From Minisyncoccota bacterium (lineage in GTDB: Bacteria; Patescibacteriota; Minisyncoccia; Phycocordibacterales; Phycocordibacteraceae), in assembly GCA_041666305.1 (NCBI GenBank), contig JBAYHD010000003.1, positions 30,266-94,265 on the forward strand: a stretch of DNA of 64,000 bases. Reading direction: 5' to 3'. The translations under genes were made by a program, and so were the position numbers. Shown piece after piece: positions 1-10,301 of this stretch (positions are counted from its first letter, which is position 1; every line of letters begins with the position of its first letter). Below the pieces are notes generated by a model. It was not told where the DNA came from. It did no database searches and saw only the letters and a list, made by a program, of their open reading frames with translations.

Positions 1-402
1 ATCTTCGATGTGGGTTTGCTCCTTAGATATGTGCGACAACCCCTGTTCGTCCAATCTCTGCAGCATACTAGTTATCTGACGACCCGCGTTTTTCACATCG
101 CTGTCTATAGCGTCATATACCTCGATGCGCCCCATCGCAGTAAGCTGGTCACGTAGGCGATTAAGTATGATTTGTGTTCTTCCACAAAAGATTTTTTGAT
201 TATGGTTACTATTGAATAAATCTATTACGGTCACATGCAATTTCTGAACTTCCAAGTCTGACAATAGACCGGCCTCGTTGAGTTTTTGGATAACGGAATC
301 ATAGGCGTCGAGAGAGACAAACTTCCAGAGAACCTCTGTTGGATCGTTATAAATATCAGGTCCTTCTTGTGGCGGGAGCATTTTCGGACCGTGTTCCGAC
401 AT
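1..402 (-). CDS. partial hypothetical protein running off the left edge of the window (start codon at 400-402)
   Basis: Reverse-strand reading from ATG (revcomp of 400-402) gives a >130-aa stop-free translation (MSEHGPKMLPPQEGPDIYNDPTEVLWKFVSLDAYDSVIQKLNEAGLL...) continuing to position 1; not in ORF track because it has no in-window stop. Confidence 0.3.
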   Translation of the reverse strand, partial: MSEHGPKMLPPQEGPDIYNDPTEVLWKFVSLDAYDSVIQKLNEAGLLSDLEVQKLHVTVIDLFNSNHNQKIFCGRTQIILNRLRDQLTAMGRIEVYDAIDSDVKNAGRQITSMLQRLDEQGLSHISKEQTHIED

Positions 403-632
403 ATAGAACAGTGTAGCACTCCACCGGCTATGGTCTCTTCATCGCAAAGAGCATCACTGAAGAGCATGGCGGCACCATCCGCGCCGAGAGCGATGGAGTG
501 GGCAAGGGGTCTACATTTACAGTAGAATTTCCAGTCTCGTAAATAGCAGGGCAAGCCCCGTACCAAATCAGATTTGGTACGGGGCAAGGGCTCGACCCTC
601 ATCGTTGAGTTTCCGGCATAAATTGTGGTATA

Positions 633-926
633 ATGGTGGATATGAAAAAGAAATACCTTATTAAAACGAAATATGGGAATTTCAACGCAACTATCTGGCG
701 CGATAACGCAGACGATAAAATGTATCTTGTAGAAGTGCCTAGTTTCAATAAAACAATGACACAAGGAATGACGCTTGCTGACGCTAAATATATGGCGCAG
801 GATCTCATAGAACTTCTGTGCGAAGTTGCGTTTGATGACGGTAAAGTTGTTATTGATGATGAACGACACATTGTCGCTCGCGGTAAACTAAAGAATCTTT
901 CAGGTGTTGTTGCGCTTGCAGCATGA
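633..926 (+). CDS. hicB: HicB-family antitoxin (UPF0150/RNase H-like fold)
   Basis: 97 aa; small acidic protein pattern YGNFNATIWRDNADDKMYLVEVPSF...GMTLADAKYMAQDLIELL typical of HicB N-domain; 4-bp overlap (ATGA) with downstream HicA-like ORF. Confidence 0.5.
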   Translation: MVDMKKKYLIKTKYGNFNATIWRDNADDKMYLVEVPSFNKTMTQGMTLADAKYMAQDLIELLCEVAFDDGKVVIDDERHIVARGKLKNLSGVVALAA

Positions 927-1156
927 GCATCGTTCCGATGTTGCGCGCGACAACTATTGTCCGCGCGCTTCGGAAAGCAGGGTTCCACGTCATACGCCAG
1001 CGGGGAAGTCACGTCCACTTGCGACATTTCTCCGACCCGATTCGGTATGCGACCGTCCCGTATCATTCAAAAGATATCTCACGAAAAGATCTTGCCAGCA
1101 TTCTGAAACAATCTAAATTGTCAGTGGAAGAATTCCTAAAGCTACTAAAGAAATAA
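923..1156 (+). CDS. hicA: HicA-family mRNA interferase toxin
   Basis: 77 aa; RALRKAGFHVIRQRGSHVHLRH...ATVPYHSKDISRKDLASILKQSKL matches HicA/YcfA motif (GSHxxxxh...vPvH.kdl..gtl.sIlkq). Confidence 0.6.
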   Translation: MSIVPMLRATTIVRALRKAGFHVIRQRGSHVHLRHFSDPIRYATVPYHSKDISRKDLASILKQSKLSVEEFLKLLKK

Positions 1157-1180
1157 TTGGCAGTGGTACTATAAACCTCT

Positions 1181-2965
<1,785 letters not shown>

Positions 2966-3019
2966 AAGCGTTGTGGATAATGTAATTCAGATCTTTAGTC
3001 TTAGGTATACTGAGATAGT

Positions 3020-3724
3020 ATGGCGAAGGTTCGAGAAAAGGAACTCGCAAGAAAATATAGAAAAGAAGGACGGAGTCTAAAGTCGATTGCCCGTCTGCTT
3101 TCGGTCTCGCCAAGTTCAGTGAGCATTTGGTGTGATGACATCTGTCTGACTTCGGCACAAATCAGTAAGCTCGATAAAGAGCATCACAATCTCCGGATGC
3201 GTGGACTGCTCAAGGGTGCACATATGAATAAGGAGAAGAAACTAATTCGTATAGCCCTACATCAGAAAGAGGCTCGGAATGTCTTTAAGGCTTTGAATAA
3301 ACGAGAACTACTTATTGCCGGTCTTGGTCTCTATTGGGGCGAAGGAGTAAAGAAAGGTCATACCTCAATAGTGAATTCAGATCCAAGAGTAATTGCATTT
3401 GCAGTCCGATGGTTTACTTTTGGCCTTGGAGTTGACCGAAGAGATTTACGACCCCGTGTGTTTATTAATCACATACACGATTCTCGAATAGATATAGTGC
3501 GCAAATTTTGGTCCCGCTATCTTAAGATTCCAGAAGGACAGTTTGGACGCACAATCCTTATCAAGAGGACGAACAAAAAGGTTTACGAAAATCACGATAC
3601 GTATTATGGTGTATTAGCGTTGCGTGTCCGGAGGGCTACCGATTTGAAGTACAAGATTCTGGGCCTTATTGACGCGTTAGCCGATGCCGAGGTAGCTCAG
3701 GTGGTTAGAGCATCTCACTCATAA
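3020..3724 (+). CDS. HTH-domain protein with LAGLIDADG-like motif (putative homing-endonuclease-like); 3' end overlaps tRNA-Met
   Basis: 234 aa; N-terminal resolvase/psq-like HTH (GRSLKSIARLLSVSPSSVSIW); LLIAGLGLYWGEGVKKG resembles a single LAGLIDADG motif; AT-richer than flanks; stop codon TAA (3722-3724) lies inside the tRNA-Met anticodon loop. Confidence 0.35.
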   Translation: MAKVREKELARKYRKEGRSLKSIARLLSVSPSSVSIWCDDICLTSAQISKLDKEHHNLRMRGLLKGAHMNKEKKLIRIALHQKEARNVFKALNKRELLIAGLGLYWGEGVKKGHTSIVNSDPRVIAFAVRWFTFGLGVDRRDLRPRVFINHIHDSRIDIVRKFWSRYLKIPEGQFGRTILIKRTNKKVYENHDTYYGVLALRVRRATDLKYKILGLIDALADAEVAQVVRASHS

Positions 3725-3759
3725 AGAGAAGGTCGTGGGTTCAACTCCCACCCTCGGCA
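3686..3759 (+). tRNA. tRNA-Met (anticodon CAT; elongator or Ile2-lysidine type)
   Basis: Cloverleaf readable: acceptor GCCGAGG/CCTCGGC, D-arm TAGCTCAGGTGGTTAGAGC, anticodon loop CTCATAA, T-arm GGTCGTGGGTTCAACTCCCACC. Confidence 0.85.
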
Positions 3760-3798
3760 CACGACATTTTAGAGAGATTTTGGTAGGATAGGTGCATT

Positions 3799-3872
3799 GC
3801 GGTCGTGGTGTAGCTGGTTAACACATCTCCCTGTCACGGAGAAGACCGTGGGTTCAAGTCCCATCGACCGCG
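3799..3872 (+). tRNA. tRNA-Asp (anticodon GTC)
   Basis: Acceptor GCGGTCG/CGACCGC, anticodon stem TCTCC/GGAGA with loop CTGTCAC, T-arm CCGTGGGTTCAAGTCCCATCG. Confidence 0.85.
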
Positions 3873-3883
3873 CATCGAGACAC

Positions 3884-3906
3884 AAAAGCCCCGGAAGGGG
3901 CTTTTG
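3884..3906 (+). terminator. rho-independent terminator after tRNA pair
   Basis: AAAAGCCCCGGAAGGGGCTTTTG hairpin with flanking T-run. Confidence 0.5.
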
Positions 3907-3989
3907 CGTTATTTGTGTATTTGGGCGTATTTGTATATGGTTGCGACGGAGTCCGGGTTCCTTTTCAACATCGAATGGAGGTTATCGCT

Positions 3990-5444
3990 ATGAACGGTAC
4001 CGTCAGCAATTTCCGTCCCCAGCATCATCAGAAACCCATTGCAGCGCTCGTGGTCGCACCGACCACGCTCTTCGTATTGGACACGAGCGTTCTCTTGCAC
4101 GATCCGACCTGCGTATTTCGTTTTCAGGAACACGACGTGCATGTGCCGCTTCCGGTCCTCGAAGAACTTGATGACTGCAAGACGGGGCACAGCGAACTGT
4201 CGCGCAACGCGCGAGAAGTCGCCCGCATCCTGAACACGGTCGTAACCGGGCATGAAAAAGGTCTCGGCCGGGGAGTATCGCTCGAAAAGGCGAGCGGCGG
4301 CCAGGCTACGGGGCGTCTGTATCTTCACTTTGAAGAACGGACGACCCGGACGTTGAACCGCCTGCTGTCTTCCAAAGACAGTGCAGACAATAAGATATTG
4401 AAATTGGCCGGTTCACTGCGCGACGCTCATCGCGACCGCAAGGTAGTCGTGGTCACGAAAGATACACTTCTTCGCCTGAAGGCCATTGCCGTTGGTCTTG
4501 ATTCTCAAGACTATCTCAATGACCATATGGTGGCGGATAGCGACATCCTGCGGTCCGGCATATGCGTGCTTCCGGATGATTTCTGGGACACGCACAAGGT
4601 GGACAAGACATGGAATGACCACGGCCAGCACTTCTACAAAATGTCCGGTCCCGCGCTTGAAGAAGTATTGATCAACGAAGCGCTCATTCTGAAGGGCCAG
4701 AAAGGAGAATCGCTCCAAGCAACCGTACGGGGGATACATGACGGCATCGTGACGTTCGGCACGATACCCGATTACCTCAAGGAACGGAACGCGGTATGGG
4801 GCGTCCACGCGCGGAATCGCGAGCAATGCATCGCTCTCAATCTGCTCATGAATCCCGATATCAATTACGTCACCATGCTCGGACCAGCCGGTACCGGGAA
4901 AACACTGCTTGCGCTTGCCGCCGGTCTGGAACAAGTACTCAAGACCGAGCTGTATAGCGCCATCACCGTCGTAAAGGAGACGATGCCGGTGGGAAGGGAT
5001 CAGGGATATTTCCCGGGTGACGAGAACGAAAAACTCGGTCCATGGCTCGGAGCCGTGTGGGATAACTTTGAAGTCCTGCAAGCGAACGCCAAGGAAAAAA
5101 AGATCTGGAATATGGCCGAGCTACCGAGAATGCGCCTCGCAATGGAAACGAAGTCGCTTAGCACCGTACGCGGGCGCTCGTTCTTCCAAAGGTTCATTTT
5201 CGTCGACGAAGCGCAGAATCTTACGCCGCATCAGGCGAAGACGCTCGTGACGCGCACCGGCCCTCGCTCGAAGATAATCTTTTCCGGCAATCTGGCGCAG
5301 ATCGACACTCCTTACCTCACGGAAGGAAGTTCCGGTCTGGCGTATCTGGTGAACCGGATGAAGAATTATGCGCACGGCGGGCACGTAATCCTCAAAGACT
5401 GCGAACGCTCCGATCTCGCGGAGTACGCAAATATCGCGCTGTAA
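3990..5444 (+). CDS. PhoH2-type protein: N-terminal PIN domain fused to PhoH-like ATPase
   Basis: PIN-like N-term (VFVLDTSVLLHDP...PLPVLEELD), Walker [16 protein letters not shown], Walker B FIFVDEAQNL; GGAGG SD 8 nt upstream of ATG 3990 (ORF track starts at 3915 in same frame). Confidence 0.8.
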   Translation: MNGTVSNFRPQHHQKPIAALVVAPTTLFVLDTSVLLHDPTCVFRFQEHDVHVPLPVLEELDDCKTGHSELSRNAREVARILNTVVTGHEKGLGRGVSLEKASGGQATGRLYLHFEERTTRTLNRLLSSKDSADNKILKLAGSLRDAHRDRKVVVVTKDTLLRLKAIAVGLDSQDYLNDHMVADSDILRSGICVLPDDFWDTHKVDKTWNDHGQHFYKMSGPALEEVLINEALILKGQKGESLQATVRGIHDGIVTFGTIPDYLKERNAVWGVHARNREQCIALNLLMNPDINYVTMLGPAGTGKTLLALAAGLEQVLKTELYSAITVVKETMPVGRDQGYFPGDENEKLGPWLGAVWDNFEVLQANAKEKKIWNMAELPRMRLAMETKSLSTVRGRSFFQRFIFVDEAQNLTPHQAKTLVTRTGPRSKIIFSGNLAQIDTPYLTEGSSGLAYLVNRMKNYAHGGHVILKDCERSDLAEYANIAL

Positions 5445-5533
5445 AGAACTGCCTTGGTGAGTTTTCACCCATCCCGCCGCCCCAAAAAGGCTGGCGGGAT
5501 TTTCTTTTGTCCGGGGATAACGATTTGACAGCG

Positions 5534-5550
5534 ATACCCCTAGGGGGTAT
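5534..5550 (+). promoter_or_regulatory. CsoR-type operator palindrome ATACCCCTAGGGGGTAT overlapping sigma70-like promoter (TTGACA 5525-5530, 17 bp, TATACT 5548-5553)
   Basis: Perfect 17-bp GC-rich palindrome of the TACCC-N-GGGTA type between -35 and -10, 13 bp upstream of csoR ATG. Confidence 0.5.
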
Positions 5551-5562
5551 ACTCGGCACATT

Positions 5563-5832
5563 ATGAAAATGCATACCGACAAAGGGAAGCTGATACGCCG
5601 TCTCAAGATCATCGAGGGGCAGGTGCGTGGACTGCAGGAGATGCTCGCGAAGGATACCTACTGTATCGACGTCATCACGCAGACCTCAGCGGTGAAGCAA
5701 GCGCTCTCCGGAGTGGAGGACGCGCTTATGGAAGAGCATCTCGGCACGTGTGTTGTGCATCAGATGAAGAAAGGGAAGGAGAAAACGGCGATAGGTGAAA
5801 TACTGAAGGTGTATCACCTGAAGCGTAAATAA
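5563..5832 (+). CDS. csoR: CsoR/RcnR-family metal-sensing transcriptional repressor (DUF156)
   Basis: 89 aa; LKIIEGQVRGLQEMLAKDTYCIDVITQTSAVKQALSGVEDALMEEHLGTCV - conserved C...H...C metal ligands of CsoR. Confidence 0.8.
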   Translation: MKMHTDKGKLIRRLKIIEGQVRGLQEMLAKDTYCIDVITQTSAVKQALSGVEDALMEEHLGTCVVHQMKKGKEKTAIGEILKVYHLKRK

Positions 5833-5838
5833 TTTTAT

Positions 5839-8160
5839 ATGAACAACAAAACACAAACCTACCGAATACGAGGCATGCATTGCGCTTCTTGCGCGAGCAT
5901 CATTGAGAAAGCGCTCAAAAAGGTAGATGGTGTGGAATCCGTAGAAGTGAACATCGGCACCGAGAAAGCAAAAATCGCATATGACGAATCAAAAACGAAT
6001 GCGCAGGCGATTTCAAAAGTCATTGAACCGCTCGGGTACACGCTGGTCATACCGGATATGCCGACGGTCGCTTCATCGGTGCAGACTGCAACGGAGATGG
6101 GTATGTCGGAGAGCGAGCATGCCGCGCACCTCGGGCTCAATCAATCCAAGGCCGAGAAACTCACTGAACTTGCCTCGATGAAAACGAAGATAATCACCAT
6201 TATGCCGATGGCGGTTATCGCTATCGTCATCATGACCTGGGATATTCTCGCCGAATTCAATCGCGTGGCGCCTATGTCGGAAGCGTGGGTTACCCCGTTC
6301 CGCTATCTGCTCATGGCTATGGCGACCTACGCGCTATTTGTCGTCGGAAAGCCGTATCTGCTTGGGTTCTATCGATTCCTGCGCTATGGCAAAGCGAATA
6401 TGGATACGCTTATCGGTATCGGCACATCCGCCGCATTTCTCTACAGTGTCGCCGTAACTTTTTTTCGAGAAGCGTTGCGTCCGTATCTAAATGTTGAGGT
6501 CACCTATTTCGATGTGGCCATCGTCGTTATCGCCTTCATTACGCTTGGGAAATACCTTGAGGCGCGCGCGAAGATAAAAACCGGCGATGCGATAGAAAAA
6601 TTGCTCAATTTGCAGGCAAAGACCGCGCTCGTCGTGCGTGATGGAAAAGAAATTGAAATACCAGTTGATCAGGTCGTGCACGGCGATCTCATCATCGTAA
6701 AGCCGGCCGGAAAAATCCCGGTGGACGGCGTACTCACCGAAGGCTCGTCATTCGTTGACGAAGCAATGGTTTCCGGTGAGCCGGTGCCGGTGGAGAAAAA
6801 TATCGGCGATAAGGTCGTGGCGGGGACTATCAACACCACGGGTGCATTTACGTTCCAAGCGACGAAAGTCGGTTCTGAAACATTGCTCGCGCACATCATA
6901 CAGATGGTGGAAGACGCACAAGGGAGCAAAGCACCCATTCAAGCGCTTGCCGATAAGATCTCAAGCGTGTTTGTGCCCATTGTGCTGGTTATAGCGTTTT
7001 CATCGCTTGGAATCTGGCTTCTGTGGGGCACATCGTCTCTCGGATTTGCACAAGCGCTTTCCTTCGGTCTCGTGTCGTTCGTTGGAGTGCTCGTCATCGC
7101 GTGCCCGTGCGCATTGGGTCTTGCGACGCCGACCGCCATCATCGTGGGCGTCGGCAAGGGAGCGAAGGAAGGCATTCTCATCAAGGACGCGAGTACGCTT
7201 GAAAAATTGCACAAAGTGACTACGGTCGTCGTGGATAAGACCGGCACTATTACGAGAGGGAAGCCGGAGCTCGTGTCGCTCAAAAATCTTTCCGACAAGA
7301 GCGATGCCGACATTCTCGCCATCCTCGCGTCCATCGACAACAAATCAGATCATCCCATCTCGCACGCAGTCGTCACCTACGCACGCGAGAAAAATGTCCA
7401 ACTCTTGCCGGTAGAAAAGTTTGAAGCGTTGAAAGGCAAAGGGCTTGTCGGCACTGTTAACGGCACTGAGTACCACGTCGGTAGTGCCCGACTTGCAATA
7501 GAACTGGGTGCGTCTTTGGATTCTATTGAAGTGGACACAATGGCGGGGAAGACGCCGGTTGTCCTCATCGCGAATGGGAATGTTCTCGCTATCGCAATGG
7601 TCGCCGACGCACTCAAGCCGGAAGCAAAAGATGCGGTCACCGCTCTGCATAAGCTCGGCATACGCGTCGTGATGCTCACCGGCGACGATAAGAACACCGC
7701 GGCCGCTATTGCTAAACAGGTCGGCATCGACGAAGTCGTTGCGGAGGTGATGCCGGAGGACAAGTTGAACAAAATAAAAGAGCTGCAAGCGCAGGGCCAA
7801 GTAGTGGCGATGGCAGGTGACGGCATCAACGACGCGCCCGCGCTCGCGCAGGCGGATGTTGGTATCGCAATGGCGACCGGAACTGATGTTGCCATTGAAA
7901 GCGCCGGCATCACCCTTCTTCACGGCGATATCAGCAAGCTCGTAAAGGCGATACGCCTTTCCAAGTTCACGATGCGCGGCATCAAGCAGAATCTTTTCTG
8001 GGCGTTCGCGTATAATGTCATTGGTATTCCACTTGCGAGCGGTCTCTTCTTCCCGTTTTTCGGCTGGCTCCTCAACCCCGTATTCGCCGGGCTCGCGATG
8101 GCGCTCTCAAGCGTCTCGGTCGTTGGCAATTCGCTCCGGCTTAAAACTAAACAACTCTAG
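5839..8160 (+). CDS. copA: copper-translocating P1B-type ATPase
   Basis: 773 aa; N-terminal HMA (GMHCASCASIIE), TM CPC motif (IACPCALG), DKTGTIT phosphorylation site, GDGINDAP hinge. Confidence 0.9.
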   Translation: MNNKTQTYRIRGMHCASCASIIEKALKKVDGVESVEVNIGTEKAKIAYDESKTNAQAISKVIEPLGYTLVIPDMPTVASSVQTATEMGMSESEHAAHLGLNQSKAEKLTELASMKTKIITIMPMAVIAIVIMTWDILAEFNRVAPMSEAWVTPFRYLLMAMATYALFVVGKPYLLGFYRFLRYGKANMDTLIGIGTSAAFLYSVAVTFFREALRPYLNVEVTYFDVAIVVIAFITLGKYLEARAKIKTGDAIEKLLNLQAKTALVVRDGKEIEIPVDQVVHGDLIIVKPAGKIPVDGVLTEGSSFVDEAMVSGEPVPVEKNIGDKVVAGTINTTGAFTFQATKVGSETLLAHIIQMVEDAQGSKAPIQALADKISSVFVPIVLVIAFSSLGIWLLWGTSSLGFAQALSFGLVSFVGVLVIACPCALGLATPTAIIVGVGKGAKEGILIKDASTLEKLHKVTTVVVDKTGTITRGKPELVSLKNLSDKSDADILAILASIDNKSDHPISHAVVTYAREKNVQLLPVEKFEALKGKGLVGTVNGTEYHVGSARLAIELGASLDSIEVDTMAGKTPVVLIANGNVLAIAMVADALKPEAKDAVTALHKLGIRVVMLTGDDKNTAAAIAKQVGIDEVVAEVMPEDKLNKIKELQAQGQVVAMAGDGINDAPALAQADVGIAMATGTDVAIESAGITLLHGDISKLVKAIRLSKFTMRGIKQNLFWAFAYNVIGIPLASGLFFPFFGWLLNPVFAGLAMALSSVSVVGNSLRLKTKQL

Positions 8161-8162
8161 AT

Positions 8163-9197
8163 ATGGAAAACGAAAACCAACAGAAATACACCTTTCATGT
8201 GAAGGGCATGCACTGCACGGCATGCACGCTTCTTACGGAAAGTGAGCTGATGGATGTTGCCGCTGTCTCGCAAGCGAAGTCGAGCCTCACCACGCATACG
8301 GTTGAAGTGTGCGGGGATTTCGGCAATAAGACGAAGGAAGAAATTTGTCGCGAACTCTCTCAAAGTCTTGAGAAGCACGGCTACTCGCTTTCGGTGGAGA
8401 AACAGCAACAGGAAAAAAATTGGTCGGAGTTCAGCATCGCGATTCCTATCGCCATCGGATTTGCGGTGCTTTTCGTGCTTCTCCAGAAGCTCGGCATTGT
8501 GAATCTGGTGAACGCGAGCGATGTCAGCTGGGGCACGGCATTTATGATCGGCGTCATTGCGTCGCTTTCCACCTGCATGGCGGTGGTGGGCGGACTCGTA
8601 CTCTCAATGTCCGCTACCTTCGCGCGGGAAGGGGATAAGATCCGTCCGCAGATACTTTTCCACACCGGACGCATCGTTTCCTTCTTCATTTTGGGCGGCG
8701 TCATCGGCGCACTCGGCTCGGCATTTACGCTCGGCGCCACTGGCACGTTCGTACTCGGGCTTCTCGTCGGCCTCGTGATGCTCATTCTCGGTATCAATTT
8801 GCTGGATGTATTTCCGTGGGCAAAACGATTTCAGCCGTCTATGCCGAAGTTTCTCGGTAAGCACGCCCTCGGCGTTTCGGAATTGAATCACTGGCTTACG
8901 CCGCTTCTGGTCGGCGTTGCGACCTTCTTCTTGCCGTGCGGATTTACGCAAGCGATGCAACTCTACAGCCTCACGACCGGCAGTTTCCTCGCGGGTGGTC
9001 TTACCATGCTCTCTTTCGCACTCGGCACCCTGCCGGTCCTAGCACTCATCGGTTTCAGCTCGTTCAGCATCAAAAATAGCGCGAAGGCGGGCATCTTCTT
9101 CAAATCCGCCGGGCTTATCGTGATACTCTTTGCATTGTTCAACATCACGAACAGTCTCGTGGTCATCGGTGTCATTCCGCCCGTATTCAATTTCTAA
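8163..9197 (+). CDS. heavy-metal-associated (HMA) domain fused to polytopic membrane domain (DsbD/CcdA-like Cys-containing permease fold)
   Basis: 344 aa; HMA motif GMHCTACTLL at N-term; >=6 TM helices with conserved Cys (LSTCMAVVGG, FFLPCGFTQ). Confidence 0.55.
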   Translation: MENENQQKYTFHVKGMHCTACTLLTESELMDVAAVSQAKSSLTTHTVEVCGDFGNKTKEEICRELSQSLEKHGYSLSVEKQQQEKNWSEFSIAIPIAIGFAVLFVLLQKLGIVNLVNASDVSWGTAFMIGVIASLSTCMAVVGGLVLSMSATFAREGDKIRPQILFHTGRIVSFFILGGVIGALGSAFTLGATGTFVLGLLVGLVMLILGINLLDVFPWAKRFQPSMPKFLGKHALGVSELNHWLTPLLVGVATFFLPCGFTQAMQLYSLTTGSFLAGGLTMLSFALGTLPVLALIGFSSFSIKNSAKAGIFFKSAGLIVILFALFNITNSLVVIGVIPPVFNF

Positions 9198-9204
9198 AAA
9201 ATCT

Positions 9205-9594
9205 ATGAAGCCAATGCATCTCGCTCTCATCATCACGACCACGCTCATCGGCGGGGCACTGATGCTCACCTTGAACAAGCCCAGCGCCGCGCAGAACGAA
9301 CCGACGGCAAACAACGTAAGTATCGTTGATGGTCAGCAGATAATTGATATCACCGCGAAAGGTGGCTACATTCCGCGCACGAGCACCGCGAAGGCCGGCA
9401 TACCGACCATACTGCGTTTCCACACCACCGGCACCTTTGATTGCTCGTCCTACATTCGCATTCCGAGTATGGGCATCAGCAAAAATCTTCCCTCAACCGG
9501 CACCGTTGATATTCCGGTAGATGCGAAAGCCGGTCCTCTTATCGGCATGTGTGGCATGGGCATGTACCCGTTCCAAGTGAATTTCCAGAGTTAA
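9205..9594 (+). CDS. cupredoxin-like secreted protein (putative copper-binding)
   Basis: Signal/TM anchor MKPMHLALIITTTLIGGALML; beta-rich domain ending ...GMCGMGMYPFQVNF with Cys/Met/His ligands; position directly after cop genes. Confidence 0.5.
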   Translation: MKPMHLALIITTTLIGGALMLTLNKPSAAQNEPTANNVSIVDGQQIIDITAKGGYIPRTSTAKAGIPTILRFHTTGTFDCSSYIRIPSMGISKNLPSTGTVDIPVDAKAGPLIGMCGMGMYPFQVNFQS

Positions 9595-9598
9595 AGAA

Positions 9599-9952
9599 TC
9601 AGGTGCGACCGTATTTGTCTTCGAGGCGTTTAATATCGCCCTCGTCGAAATCGCCGAAGGCTATTTCCAGAAAAGTGGTTCCTTCCGGACCACCGCTGAC
9701 GCGATGCTCTGTGCCACGCGGGCAGAAGAATGAACTGCCTTCATGCGCCTGATGTTCGGTAGCGCCAATATGGATGACACCGGAACCCTTAATGACATGC
9801 CAAAATTCGTCGCGATGCGCGTGGGTCTGCAAGCTGAAATATTCTCCGGCATTGACGGTAATTATTTTTACCGTTGTCTTTTCGTTGAGGGTAAAGCGCT
9901 CAAAATTTCCCCACGGGCGATTTTCTTTTTCGTAATGAGAGAGGCCTTCCAT
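9599..9952 (-). CDS. cupin-domain protein (cupin_2 / PMI-type II C-terminal-like)
   Basis: 117 aa; GEYFSLQTHAHRDEFWHVIKGSGVIHIG two-His cupin motif; TGA stop. Confidence 0.65.
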   Translation of the reverse strand: MEGLSHYEKENRPWGNFERFTLNEKTTVKIITVNAGEYFSLQTHAHRDEFWHVIKGSGVIHIGATEHQAHEGSSFFCPRGTEHRVSGGPEGTTFLEIAFGDFDEGDIKRLEDKYGRT

Positions 9953-10133
9953 GCAAATGAGTATATATCAAAAAAATTGAAAGAATTGGGAAATTCGGAT
10001 AGTATGCGGGAGTGCGAGAAATACGGGTTCGCCGCGATAAACTTCTTTCTCGAAGACTCGAAAAAGTTTTTCCCAGGCTCGCTCGGAGAACGTGGAAATG
10101 AGTGTCTGCACTCACTTCCACGTTTCCTCGCTC

Positions 10134-10209
10134 GCCGAGATAGCTCAGTTGGTAGAGCAGCGCCATGGTAAGGCGCAGGTCGTCGGTTCAATCCCGACTC
10201 TCGGCTCCA
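10134..10209 (+). tRNA. tRNA-Thr (anticodon GGT), CCA encoded
   Basis: Acceptor GCCGAGA/TCTCGGC, anticodon stem GCGCC/GGCGC loop ATGGTAA, T-arm GGTCGTCGGTTCAATCCCGAC, 3' TCCA. Confidence 0.85.
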
Positions 10210-10301
10210 GAATCAAACCCATCGGGGTATATTGACGCAGTTCGTTTTTTAATGGGGTATACTGTACGCAGTGTTCTACCTTAAAAACTCAATAATCAAC
10301 T

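Noticed and set aside
231-1066. Minus-strand ORFs 231-869 and 599-1066 (212 and 155 aa)
   Set aside because: They overlap the well-supported hicB/hicA pair on the opposite strand and have no motifs; the only credible minus-strand coding here is the edge-truncated ORF ending at 402.
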